Source of the DNA: Auanema rhodensis
Taxonomy: Eukaryota > Animalia > Nematoda
Direction of reading: 5' to 3'
Length of the DNA stretch: 64,000 nucleotides
NCBI GenBank assembly: GCA_964057225.1
Contig: OZ059899.1
Span: 18,476,001 to 18,540,000 of the forward strand
The first letter of the stretch is position 1, and every line of letters begins with the position of its first letter. The position numbers and the translations under genes were made by a program. The notes beneath the pieces are model-generated. The model worked only from the letters and a program-made list of their open reading frames with translations. It was not told the origin of the DNA and made no database searches. Positions 1 to 11,900 of the stretch are shown in pieces.

Positions 1-12
1 ATGCATTAGTGT

Positions 13-40
13 ATGTTGAGTTTCCATGTACACTCAACAT
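13..40. other. 9-bp inverted repeat with 10-nt spacer (monomer offset 13-40; one mismatch in CTGA-allele copies)
   Basis: ATGTTGAGT-ttccatgtac-ACTCAACAT. Confidence 0.9.
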
Positions 41-190
41 TGCTTCCAAAAACATTTTGACAAAAATTTTTTCGAAAAATTTCAAGATAATTTAGCAAAA
101 AGTAGATGTTTTTAGATTCTTTTTTTCAAGGCAAAGACGATGAACAATGTTATTCAACGAAAAAATTAATTCTTCAGGGTGAAAATCGAG

Positions 191-212
191 GATATAAGTG
201 TGAACTTATATC
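191..212. other. 9-bp inverted repeat with 4-nt loop (monomer offset 191-212)
   Basis: GATATAAGT-gtga-ACTTATATC. Confidence 0.92.
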
Positions 213-1053
213 AGTTGATATCTTGGTGCATTTTTAAGCTAGCGCAAATCTGATAATACAGATCGACGCAGCTTAAAAATCCGCATCGAATGCACTATAC
301 TACATTGAGAAACGCTTAATACAAAATTTAGTTATGATCGTTTGAAAAATGATGCATTAGTGTATGTTGAGTTTCCATGTACACTGAACATTGCTTCCAA
401 AAACATTTTGACAAAAATTTTTTCAAAAAATTTCAAAATAATTTAGCAAAAAGTAGATGTTTTTAGATTCTTTTTTTCAAGGCAAAGACGATGAACAATG
501 TTATTCAACGAAAAAATTAATTCTTCAGGGTGAAAATCGAGGATATAAGTGTGAACTTATATCAGTTGATATCTCGGTGCATTTTTAAGCTAGCGCAAAT
601 CTAATAATACAGATCGACGCAGCTTAAAAATCCGCATCGAATGCACTATACTACATTGAGAAACGCTTAATACAAAAATTAGTTATGATCGTTTGAAAAA
701 TGATGCATTAGTGTATGTTGAGTTTCCATGTACACTCAACATTGCTTCCAAAAACATTTTGACAAAAATTTTTTCGAAAAATTTCAAGATAATTTAGCAA
801 AAAGTAGATGTTTTTAGATTCTTTTTTTCAAGGCAAAGACGATGAACAATGTTATTCAACGAAAAAATTAATTCTTCAGGGTGAAAATCGAGGATATAAG
901 TGTGAACTTATATCAGTTGATATCTCGGTGCATTTTTAAGCTAGCGCAAATCTAATAATACAGATCGACGCAGCTTAAAAATCCGCATCGAATGCACTAT
1001 ACTACATTGAGAAACGCTTAATACAAAAATTAGTTATGATCGTTTGAAAAATG

Positions 1054-3861
1054 ATGCCTTAGTGTATGTTGAGTTTCCATGTACACTCAACATTGCTTCC
1101 AAAAACATTTTGACAAAAATTTTTTCGAAAAATTTCAAAATAATTTAGCAAAAAGTAGATGTTTTTAGATTCCTTTTTTCAAGGCAAAGACGATGGACAA
1201 TGTTATTCAACGAAAAAATTAATTCTTCAGGGTGAAAATCGAGGATATAAGTGTGAACTTATATCAGTTGATATCTCGGTGCATTTTCAAGCTAGCGCAA
1301 ATCTGATAACACAGATCGACGCAGCTTAAAAATCCGCATCGAATGCACTATACTACATTGAGAAACGCTTAATACAAAAATTAGTTATGATCGTTTGAAA
1401 AATGATGCATTAGTGTATGTTGAGTTTCCATGTACACTCAACATTGCTTCCAAAAACATTTTGACAAAAATTTTTTCAAAAAATTTCAAGATAATTTAGC
1501 AAAAAGTAGATGTTTTTAGATTCTTTTTTTCAAGGCAAAGACGATGAACAATGTTATTCAACGAAAAAATTAATTCTTCAGGGTGAAAATCGAGGATATA
1601 AGTGTGAACTTATATCAGTTGATATCTCGGTGCATTTTTAAGCTAGCGCAAATCTAATAATACAGATCGACGCAGCTTAAAAATCCGCATCGAATGCACT
1701 ATACTACATTGAGAAACGCTTAATACAAAAATTAGTTATGATCGTTTGAAAAATGATGCCTTAGTGTATGTTGAGTTTCCATGTACACTCAACATTGCTT
1801 CCAAAAACATTTTGACAAAAATTTTTTCGAAAAATTTCAAAATAATTTAGCAAAAAGTAGATGTTTTTAGATTCCTTTTTTCAAGGCAAAGACGATGGAC
1901 AATGTTATTCAACGAAAAAATTAATTCTTCAGGGTGAAAATCGAGGATATAAGTGTGAACTTATATCAGTTGATATCTCGGTGCATTTTTAAGCTAGCGC
2001 AAATCTGATAACACAGATCGACGCAGCTTAAAAATCCGCATCGAATGCACTATACTACATTGAGAAACGCTTAATACAAAAATTAGTTATGATCGTTTGA
2101 AAAATGATGCATTAGTGTATGTTGAGTTTCCATGTACACTCAACATTGCTTCCAAAAACATTTTGACAAAAATTTTTTCGAAAAATTTCAAGATAATTTA
2201 GCAGAAAGTAGATGTTTTTAGATTCTTTTTTTCAAGGCAAAGACGATGAACAATGTTATTCAACGAAAAAATTAATTCTTCAGGGTGAAAATCGAGGATA
2301 TAAGTGTGAACTTATATCAGTTGATATCTTGGTGCATTTTTAAGCTAGCGCAAATCTGATAATACAGATCGACGCAGCTTAAAAATCCGCATCGAATGCA
2401 CTATACTACATTGAGAAACGCTTAATACAAAAATTAGTTATGATCGTTTGAAAAATGATGCCTTAGTGTATGTTGAGTTTCCATGTACACTCAACATTGC
2501 TTCCAAAAACATTTTGACAAAAATTTTTTCGAAAAATTTCAAAATAATTTAGCAAAAAGTAGATGTTTTTAGATTCCTTTTTTCAAGGCAAAGACGATGG
2601 ACAATGTTATTCAACGAAAAAATTAATTCTTCAGGGTGAAAATCGAGGATATAAGTGTGAACTTATATCAGTTGATATCTCGGTGCATTTTCAAGCTAGC
2701 GCAAATCTGATAACACAGATCGACGCAGCTTAAAAATCCGCATCGAATGCACTATACTACATTGAGAAACGCTTAATACAAAAATTAGTTATGATCGTTT
2801 GAAAAATGATGCATTAGTGTATGTTGAGTTTCCATGTACACTCAACATTGCTTCCAAAAACATTTTGACAAAAATTTTTTCAAAAAATTTCAAGATAATT
2901 TAGCAAAAAGTAGATGTTTTTAGATTCTTTTTTTCAAGGCAAAGACGATGAACAATGTTATTCAACGAAAAAATTAATTCTTCAGGGTGAAAATCGAGGA
3001 TATAAGTGTGAACTTATATCAGTTGATATCTCGGTGCATTTTTAAGCTAGCGCAAATCTAATAATACAGATCGACGCAGCTTAAAAATCCGCATCGAATG
3101 CACTATACTACATTGAGAAACGCTTAATACAAAAATTAGTTATGATCGTTTGAAAAATGATGCCTTAGTGTATGTTGAGTTTCCATGTACACTCAACATT
3201 GCTTCCAAAAACATTTTGACAAAAATTTTTTCGAAAAATTTCAAAATAATTTAGCAAAAAGTAGATGTTTTTAGATTCCTTTTTTCAAGGCAAAGACGAT
3301 GGACAATGTTATTCAACGAAAAAATTAATTCTTCAGGGTGAAAATCGAGGATATAAGTGTGAACTTATATCAGTTGATATCTCGGTGCATTTTTAAGCTA
3401 GCGCAAATCTGATAACACAGATCGACGCAGCTTAAAAATCCGCATCGAATGCACTATACTACATTGAGAAACGCTTAATACAAAAATTAGTTATGATCGT
3501 TTGAAAAATGATGCATTAGTGTATGTTGAGTTTCCATGTACACTCAACATTGCTTCCAAAAACATTTTGACAAAAATTTTTTCGAAAAATTTCAAGATAA
3601 TTTAGCAGAAAGTAGATGTTTTTAGATTCTTTTTTTCAAGGCAAAGACGATGAACAATGTTATTCAACGAAAAAATTAATTCTTCAGGGTGAAAATCGAG
3701 GATATAAGTGTGAACTTATATCAGTTGATATCTTGGTGCATTTTTAAGCTAGCGCAAATCTGATAATACAGATCGACGCAGCTTAAAAATCCGCATCGAA
3801 TGCACTATACTACATTGAGAAACGCTTAATACAAAATTTAGTTATGATCGTTTGAAAAATG
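1054..3861. repeat. Tandem 4-monomer (1404 bp) duplication
   Basis: Rare variants repeat 1404 bp apart: TTTTCAAGCT at ~1288/2692 and TAGCAGAA at ~2204/3608. Confidence 0.88.
1978..2044. other. ~67-nt imperfect inverted repeat (monomer offset 223-289; example copy)
   Basis: TCGGTGC-ATTTTTAAGCT-a-GCG-caa-ATCTG-ataaca-CAGAT-cga-CGC-AGCTTAAAAAT-cc-GCATCGA. Confidence 0.88.
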
Positions 3862-4212
3862 ATGCATTAGTGTATGTTGAGTTTCCATGTACACTGAACA
3901 TTGCTTCCAAAAACATTTTGACAAAAATTTTTTCAAAAAATTTCAAAATAATTTAGCAAAAAGTAGATGTTTTTAGATTCTTTTTTTCAAGGCAAAGACG
4001 ATGAACAATGTTATTCAACGAAAAAATTAATTCTTCAGGGTGAAAATCGAGGATATAAGTGTGAACTTATATCAGTTGATATCTCGGTGCATTTTTAAGC
4101 TAGCGCAAATCTAATAATACAGATCGACGCAGCTTAAAAATCCGCATCGAATGCACTATACTACATTGAGAAACGCTTAATACAAAAATTAGTTATGATC
4201 GTTTGAAAAATG

Positions 4213-7020
4213 ATGCCTTAGTGTATGTTGAGTTTCCATGTACACTCAACATTGCTTCCAAAAACATTTTGACAAAAATTTTTTCGAAAAATTTCAAAAT
4301 AATTTAGCAAAAAGTAGATGTTTTTAGATTCCTTTTTTCAAGGCAAAGACGATGGACAATGTTATTCAACGAAAAAATTAATTCTTCAGGGTGAAAATCG
4401 AGGATATAAGTGTGAACTTATATCAGTTGATATCTCGGTGCATTTTTAAGCTAGCGCAAATCTAATAATACAGATCGACGCAGCTTAAAAATCCGCATCG
4501 AATGCACTATACTACATTGAGAAACGCTTAATACAAAAATTAGTTATGATCGTTTGAAAAATGATGCCTTAGTGTATGTTGAGTTTCCATGTACACTCAA
4601 CATTGCTTCCAAAAACATTTTGACAAAAATTTTTTCGAAAAATTTCAAAATAATTTAGCAAAAAGTAGATGTTTTTAGATTCCTTTTTTCAAGGCAAAGA
4701 CGATGGACAATGTTATTCAACGAAAAAATTAATTCTTCAGGGTGAAAATCGAGGATATAAGTGTGAACTTATATCAGTTGATATCTCGGTGCATTTTTAA
4801 GCTAGCGCAAATCTGATAACACAGATCGACGCAGCTTAAAAATCCGCATCGAATGCACTATACTACATTGAGAAACGCTTAATACAAAAATTAGTTATGA
4901 TCGTTTGAAAAATGATGCCTTAGTGTATGTTGAGTTTCCATGTACACTCAACATTGCTTCCAAAAACATTTTGACAAAAATTTTTTCGAAAAATTTCAAA
5001 ATAATTTAGCGAAAAGTAGATGTTTTTAGATTCCTTTTTTCAAGGCAAAGACGATGGACAATGTTATTCAACGAAAAAATTAATTCTTCAGGGTGAAAAT
5101 CGAGGATATAAGTGTGAACTTATATCAGTTGATATCTCGGTGCATTTTTAAGCTAGCGCAAATCTGATAACACAGATCGACGCAGCTTAAAAATCCGCAT
5201 CGAATGCACTATACTACATATAGAAACGCTTAATACAAAAATTAGTTATGATCGTTTGAAAAATGATGCATTAGTGTATGTTGAGTTTCCATGTACACTC
5301 AACATTGCTTCCAAAAACATTTTGACAAAAATTTTTTCGAAAAATTTCAAGATAATTTAGCAAAAAGTAGATGTTTTTAGATTCTTTTTTTCAAGGCAAA
5401 GACGATGAACAATGTTATTCAACGAAAAAATTAATTTTTCAGGGTGAAAATCGAGGATATAAGTGTGAACTTATATCAGTTGATATCTTGGTGCATTTTT
5501 AAGCTAGCGCAAATCTGATAATACAGATCGACGCAGCTTAAAAATCCGCATCGAATGCACTATACTACATTGAGAAAGGCTTAATACAAAATTTAGTTAT
5601 GATCGTTTGAAAAATGATGCCTTAGTGTATGTTGAGTTTCCATGTACACTCAACATTGCTTCCAAAAACATTTTGACAAAAATTTTTTCGAAAAATTTCA
5701 AAATAATTTAGCAAAAAGTAGATGTTTTTAGATTCCTTTTTTCAAGGCAAAGACGATGGACAATGTTATTCAACGAAAAAATTAATTCTTCAGGGTGAAA
5801 ATCGAGGATATAAGTGTGAACTTATATCAGTTGATATCTCGGTGCATTTTTAAGCTAGCGCAAATCTAATAATACAGATCGACGCAGCTTAAAAATCCGC
5901 ATCGAATGCACTATACTACATTGAGAAACGCTTAATACAAAAATTAGTTATGATCGTTTGAAAAATGATGCCTTAGTGTATGTTGAGTTTCCATGTACAC
6001 TCAACATTGCTTCCAAAAACATTTTGACAAAAATTTTTTCGAAAAATTTCAAAATAATTTAGCAAAAAGTAGATGTTTTTAGATTCCTTTTTTCAAGGCA
6101 AAGACGATGGACAATGTTATTCAACGAAAAAATTAATTCTTCAGGGTGAAAATCGAGGATAAAAGTGTGAACTTATATCAGTTGATATCTCGGTGCATTT
6201 TTAAGCTAGCGCAAATCTGATAACACAGATCGACGCAGCTTAAAAATCCGCATCGAATGCACTATACTACATTGAGAAACGCTTAATACAAAAATTAGTT
6301 ATGATCGTTTGAAAAATGATGCCTTAGTGTATGTTGAGTTTCCATGTACACTCAACATTGCTTCCAAAAACATTTTGACAAAAATTTTTTCGAAAAATTT
6401 CAAAATAATTTAGCGAAAAGTAGATGTTTTTAGATTCCTTTTTTCAAGGCAAAGACGATGGACAATGTTATTCAACGAAAAAATTAATTCTTCAGGGTGA
6501 AAATCGAGGATATAAGTGTGAACTTATATCAGTTGATATCTCGGTGCATTTTTAAGCTAGCGCAAATCTGATAACACAGATCGACGCAGCTTAAAAATCC
6601 GCATCGAATGCACTATACTACATATAGAAACGCTTAATACAAAAATTAGTTATGATCGTTTGAAAAATGATGCATTAGTGTATGTTGAGTTTCCATGTAC
6701 ACTCAACATTGCTTCCAAAAACATTTTGACAAAAATTTTTTCGAAAAATTTCAAGATAATTTAGCAAAAAGTAGATGTTTTTAGATTCTTTTTTTCAAGG
6801 CAAAGACGATGAACAATGTTATTCAACGAAAAAATTAATTTTTCAGGGTGAAAATCGAGGATATAAGTGTGAACTTATATCAGTTGATATCTTGGTGCAT
6901 TTTTAAGCTAGCGCAAATCTGATAATACAGATCGACGCAGCTTAAAAATCCGCATCGAATGCACTATACTACATTGAGAAAGGCTTAATACAAAATTTAG
7001 TTATGATCGTTTGAAAAATG
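4213..7020. repeat. Second, different tandem 4-monomer (1404 bp) duplication
   Basis: Rare variants CATATAG at ~5220/6624, AATTTTTCAGG at ~5437/6841 and AAAGGCTT at ~5578/6982. Confidence 0.9.
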
Positions 7021-8999
7021 ATGCATTAGTGTATGTTGAGTTTCCATGTACACTGAACATTGCTTCCAAAAACATTTTGACAAAAATTTTTTCAAAAAAT
7101 TTCAAAATAATTTAGCAAAAAGTAGATGTTTTTAGATTTCTTTTTTCAAGGCAAAGACGATGGACTTTGTTATTCAACGAAAAAATTAATTCTTCAGGGT
7201 GAAAATCGAGGATATAAGTGTGAACTTATATCAGTTGATATCTCGGTGCATTTTTAAGCTAGCGCAAATCTAATAATACAGATCGACGCAGCTTAAAAAT
7301 CCGCATCGAATGCACTATACTACATTGAGAAACGCTTAATACAAAAATTAGTTATGATCGTTTGAAAAATGATGCCTTAGTGTATGTTGAGTTTCCATGT
7401 ACACTCAACATTGCTTCCAAAAACATTTTGACAAAAATTTTTTCGAAAAATTTCAAAATAATTTAGCAAAAAGTAGATGTTTTTAGATTCCTTTTTTCAA
7501 GGCAAAGACGATGGACAATGTTATTCAACGAAAAAATTAATTCTTCAGGGTGAAAATCGAGGATATAAGTGTGAACTTATATCAGTTGATATCTCGGTGC
7601 ATTTTTAAGCTAGCGCAAATCTGATAACACAGATCGACGCAGCTTAAAAATCCGCATCGAATGCACTATACTACAATGAGAAACGCTTAATACAAAAATT
7701 AGTTATGATCGTTTGAAAAATGATGCCTTAGTGTATGTTGAGTTTCCATGTACACTCAACATTGCTTCCAAAAACATTTTGACAAAAATCTTTTCGAAAA
7801 ATTTCAAAATAATTTAGCGAAAAGTAGATGTTTTTAGATTCCTTTTTTCAAGGCAAAGACGATGGACAATGTTATTCAACGAAAAAATTAATTCTTCAGG
7901 GTGAAAATCGAGGATATAAGTGTGAACTTATATCAGTTGATATCTCGGTACATTTTTAAGCTAGCGCAAATCTGATAACACAGATCGACGCAGCTTAAAA
8001 ATCCGCATCGAATGCACTATACTACATTGAGAAACGCTTAATACAAAATTTAGTTATGATCGTTTGAAAAATGATGCATTAGTGTATGTTGAGTTTCCAT
8101 GTACACTGAACATTGCTTCCAAAAACATTTTGACAAAAATTTCTTCAAAAAATTTCAAAATAATTTAGCAAAAAGTAGATGTTTTTAGATTCCTTTTTTC
8201 AAGGCAAAGACGATGGACTTTGTTATTCAACGAAAAAATTAATTCTTCAGGGTGAAAATCGAGGATATAAGTGTGAACTTATATCAGTTGATATCTCGGT
8301 GCATTTTTAAGCTAGCGCAAATCTAATAATACAGATCGACGCAGCTTAAAAATCCGCATCGAATGCACTATACTACATTGAGAAACGCTTAATACAAAAT
8401 TTAGTTATGATCGTTTGAAAAATGATGCATTAGTGTATGTTGAGTTTCCATGTACACTGAACATTGCTTCCAAAAACATTTTGACAAAAATTTTTTCAAA
8501 AAATTTCAAAATAATTTAGCAAAAAGTAAATGTTTTTAGATTTCTTTTTTCAAGGCAAAGACGATGGACAATGTTATTCAACGAAAAAATTAATTCTTCA
8601 GGGTGAAAATCGAGGATATAAGTGTGAACTTATATCAGTTGATATCTCGGTGCATTTTCAAGCTAGCGCAAATCTGATAACACAGATCGACGCAGCTTAA
8701 AAATCCGCATCGAATGCACTATACTACATTGAGAAACGCTTAATACAAAAATTAGTTATGATCGTTTGAAAAATGATGCCTTAGTGTATGTTGAGTTTCC
8801 ATGTACACTCAACATTGCTTCCAAAAACATTTTGACAAAAATCTTTTCGAAAAATTTCAAAATAATTTAGCGAAAAGTAGATGTTTTTAGATTCCTTTTT
8901 TCAAGGCAAAGACGATGGACAATGTTATTCAACGAAAAAATTAATTCTTCAGGGTGAAAATCGAGGATATAAGTGTGAACTTATATCAGTTGATATCTC

Positions 9000-11900
9000 G
9001 GTACATTTTTAAGCTAGCGCAAATCTGATAACACAGATCGACGCAGCTTAAAAATTCGCATCGAATGCACTATACTACATTGAGAAACGCTTAATACAAA
9101 ATTTAGTTATGATCGTTTGAAAAATGATGCATTAGTGTATGTTGAGTTTCCATGTACACTGAACATTGCTTCCAAAAACATTTTGACAAAAATTTCTTCA
9201 AAAAATTTCAAGATAATTTAGCAAAAAGTAGATGTTTTTAGATTCCTTTTTTCAAGGCAAAGACGATGGACTTTGTTATTCAACGAAAAAATTAATTCTT
9301 CAGGGTGAAAATCGAGGATATAAGTGTGAACTTATATCAGTTGATATCTCGGTGCATTTTTAAGCTAGCGCAAATCTAATAATACAGATCGACGCAGCTT
9401 AAAAATCCGCATCGAATGCACTATACTACATTGAGAAACGCTTAATACAAAATTTAGTTATGATCGTTTGAAAAATGATGCATTAGTGTATGTTGAGTTT
9501 CCATGTACACTGAACATTGCTTCCAAAAACATTTTGACAAAAATTTTTTCAAAAAATTTCAAAATAATTTAGCAAAAAGTAAATGTTTTTAGATTTCTTT
9601 TTTCAAGGCAAAGACGATGGACAATGTTATTCAACGAAAAAATTAATTCTTCAGGGTGAAAATCGAGGATATAAGTGTGAACTTATATCAGTTGATATCT
9701 CGGTGCATTTTCAAGCTAGCGCAAATCTGATAACACAGATCGACGCAGCTTAAAAATCCGCATCGAATGCACTATACTACATTGAGAAACGCTTAATACA
9801 AAATTTAGTTATGATCGTTTGAAAAATGATGCATTAGTGTATGTTGAGTTTCCATGTACACTGAACATTGCTTCCAAAAACATTTTGACAAAAATTTTTT
9901 CAAAAAATTTCAAAATAATTTAGCAAAAAGTAGATGTTTTTAGATTCCTTTTTTCAAGGCAAAGACGATGGACTTTGTTATTCAACGAAAAAATTAATTC
10001 TTCAGGGTGAAAATCGAGGATATAAGTGTGAACTTATATCAGTTGATATCTCGGTGCATTTTTAAGCTAGCGCAAATCTAATAATACAGATCGACGCAGC
10101 TTAAAAATCCGCATCGAATGCACTATACTACATTGAGAAACGCTCGATACAAAAATTAGTTATGATCGTTTGAAAAATGATGCCTTAGTGTATGTTGAGT
10201 TTCCATGTACACTGAACATTGCTTCCAAAAACATTTTGACAAAAATTTCTTCAAAAAATTTCAAAATAATTTAGCAAAAAGTAGATGTTTTTAGATTCCT
10301 TTTTCCAAGGCAAAGACGATGGACTTTGTTATTCAACGAAAAAATTAATTCTTCAGGGTGAAAATCGAGGATATAAGTGTGAACTTATATCAGTTGATAT
10401 CTCGGTGCATTTTTAAGCTAGCGCAAATCTAATAATACAGATCGACGCAGCTTAAAAATCCGCATCGAATGCACTATACTACATTGAGAAACGCTTAATA
10501 CAAAATTTAGTTATGATCGTTTGAAAAATGATGCATTAGTGTATGTTGAGTTTCCATGTACACTGAACATTGCTTCCAAAAACATTTTGACAAAAATTTT
10601 TTCAAAAAATTTCAAAATAATTTAGCAAAAAGTAAATGTTTTTAGATTTCTTTTTTCAAGGCAAAGACGATGGACAATGTTATTCAACGAAAAAATTAAT
10701 TCTTCAGGGTGAAAATCGAGGATATAAGTGTGAACTTATATCAGTTGATATCTCGGTGCATTTTCAAGCTAGCGCAAATCTGATAACACAGATCGACGCA
10801 GCTTAAAAATCCGCATCGAATGCACTATACTACATTGAGAAACGCTTAATACAAAAATTAGTTATGATCGTTTGAAAAATGATGCCTTAGTGTATGTTGA
10901 GTTTCCATGTACACTCAACATTGCTTCCAAAAACATTTTGACAAAAATCTTTTCGAAAAATTTCAAAATAATTTAGCGAAAAGTAGATGTTTTTAGATTC
11001 CTTTTTTCAAGGCAAAGACGATGGACAATGTTATTCAACGAAAAAATTAATTCTTCAGGGTGAAAATCGAGGATATAAGTGTGAACTTATATCAGTTGAT
11101 ATCTCGGTGCATTTTTAAGCTAGCGCAAATCTAATAATACAGATCGACGCAGCTTAAAAATCCGCATCGAATGCACTATACTACATTGAGAAACGCTTAA
11201 TACAAAATTTAGTTATGATCGTTTGAAAAATGATGCATTAGTGTATGTTGAGTTTCCATGTACACTGAACATTGCTTCCAAAAACATTTTGACAAAAATT
11301 TTTTCAAAAAATTTCAAAATAATTTAGCAAAAAGTAAATGTTTTTAGATTTCTTTTTTCAAGGCAAAGACGATGGACAATGTTATTCAACGAAAAAATTA
11401 ATTCTTCAGGGTGAAAATCGAGGATATAAGTGTGAACTTATATCAGTTGATATCTCGGTGCATTTTCAAGCTAGCGCAAATCTGATAACACAGATCGACG
11501 CAGCTTAAAAATCCGCATCGAATGCACTATACTACATTGAGAAACGCTTAATACAAAATTTAGTTATGATCGTTTGAAAAATGATGCATTAGTGTATGTT
11601 GAGTTTCCATGTACACTGAACATTGCTTCCAAAAACATTTTGACAAAAATTTTTTCAAAAAATTTCAAAATAATTTAGCAAAAAGTAGATGTTTTTAGAT
11701 TCCTTTTTTCAAGGCAAAGACGATGGACTTTGTTATTCAACGAAAAAATTAATTCTTCAGGGTGAAAATCGAGGATATAAGTGTGAACTTATATCAGTTG
11801 ATATCTCGGTGCATTTTTAAGCTAGCGCAAATCTAATAATACAGATCGACGCAGCTTAAAAATCCGCATCGAATGCACTATACTACATTGAGAAACGCTC

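Noticed and set aside
146-162. CENP-B box-like motif on the minus strand (TTTCGTTGAATAACATT)
   Set aside because: Matches the 5' part of YTTCGTTGGAARCGGGA (10/17) but lacks the essential CGGG.
191-212. Hairpins as bacterial rho-independent terminators
   Set aside because: The stems are AT-rich with no following U-tract, and there is no gene context.
1-351. 351 = 117 codons, suggesting a giant repeat protein or stop-codon recoding
   Set aside because: The ORF frame contains TAG, TGA and TAA stops, the ORF track shows nothing long in any frame, and 7-bp insertions break the frame.
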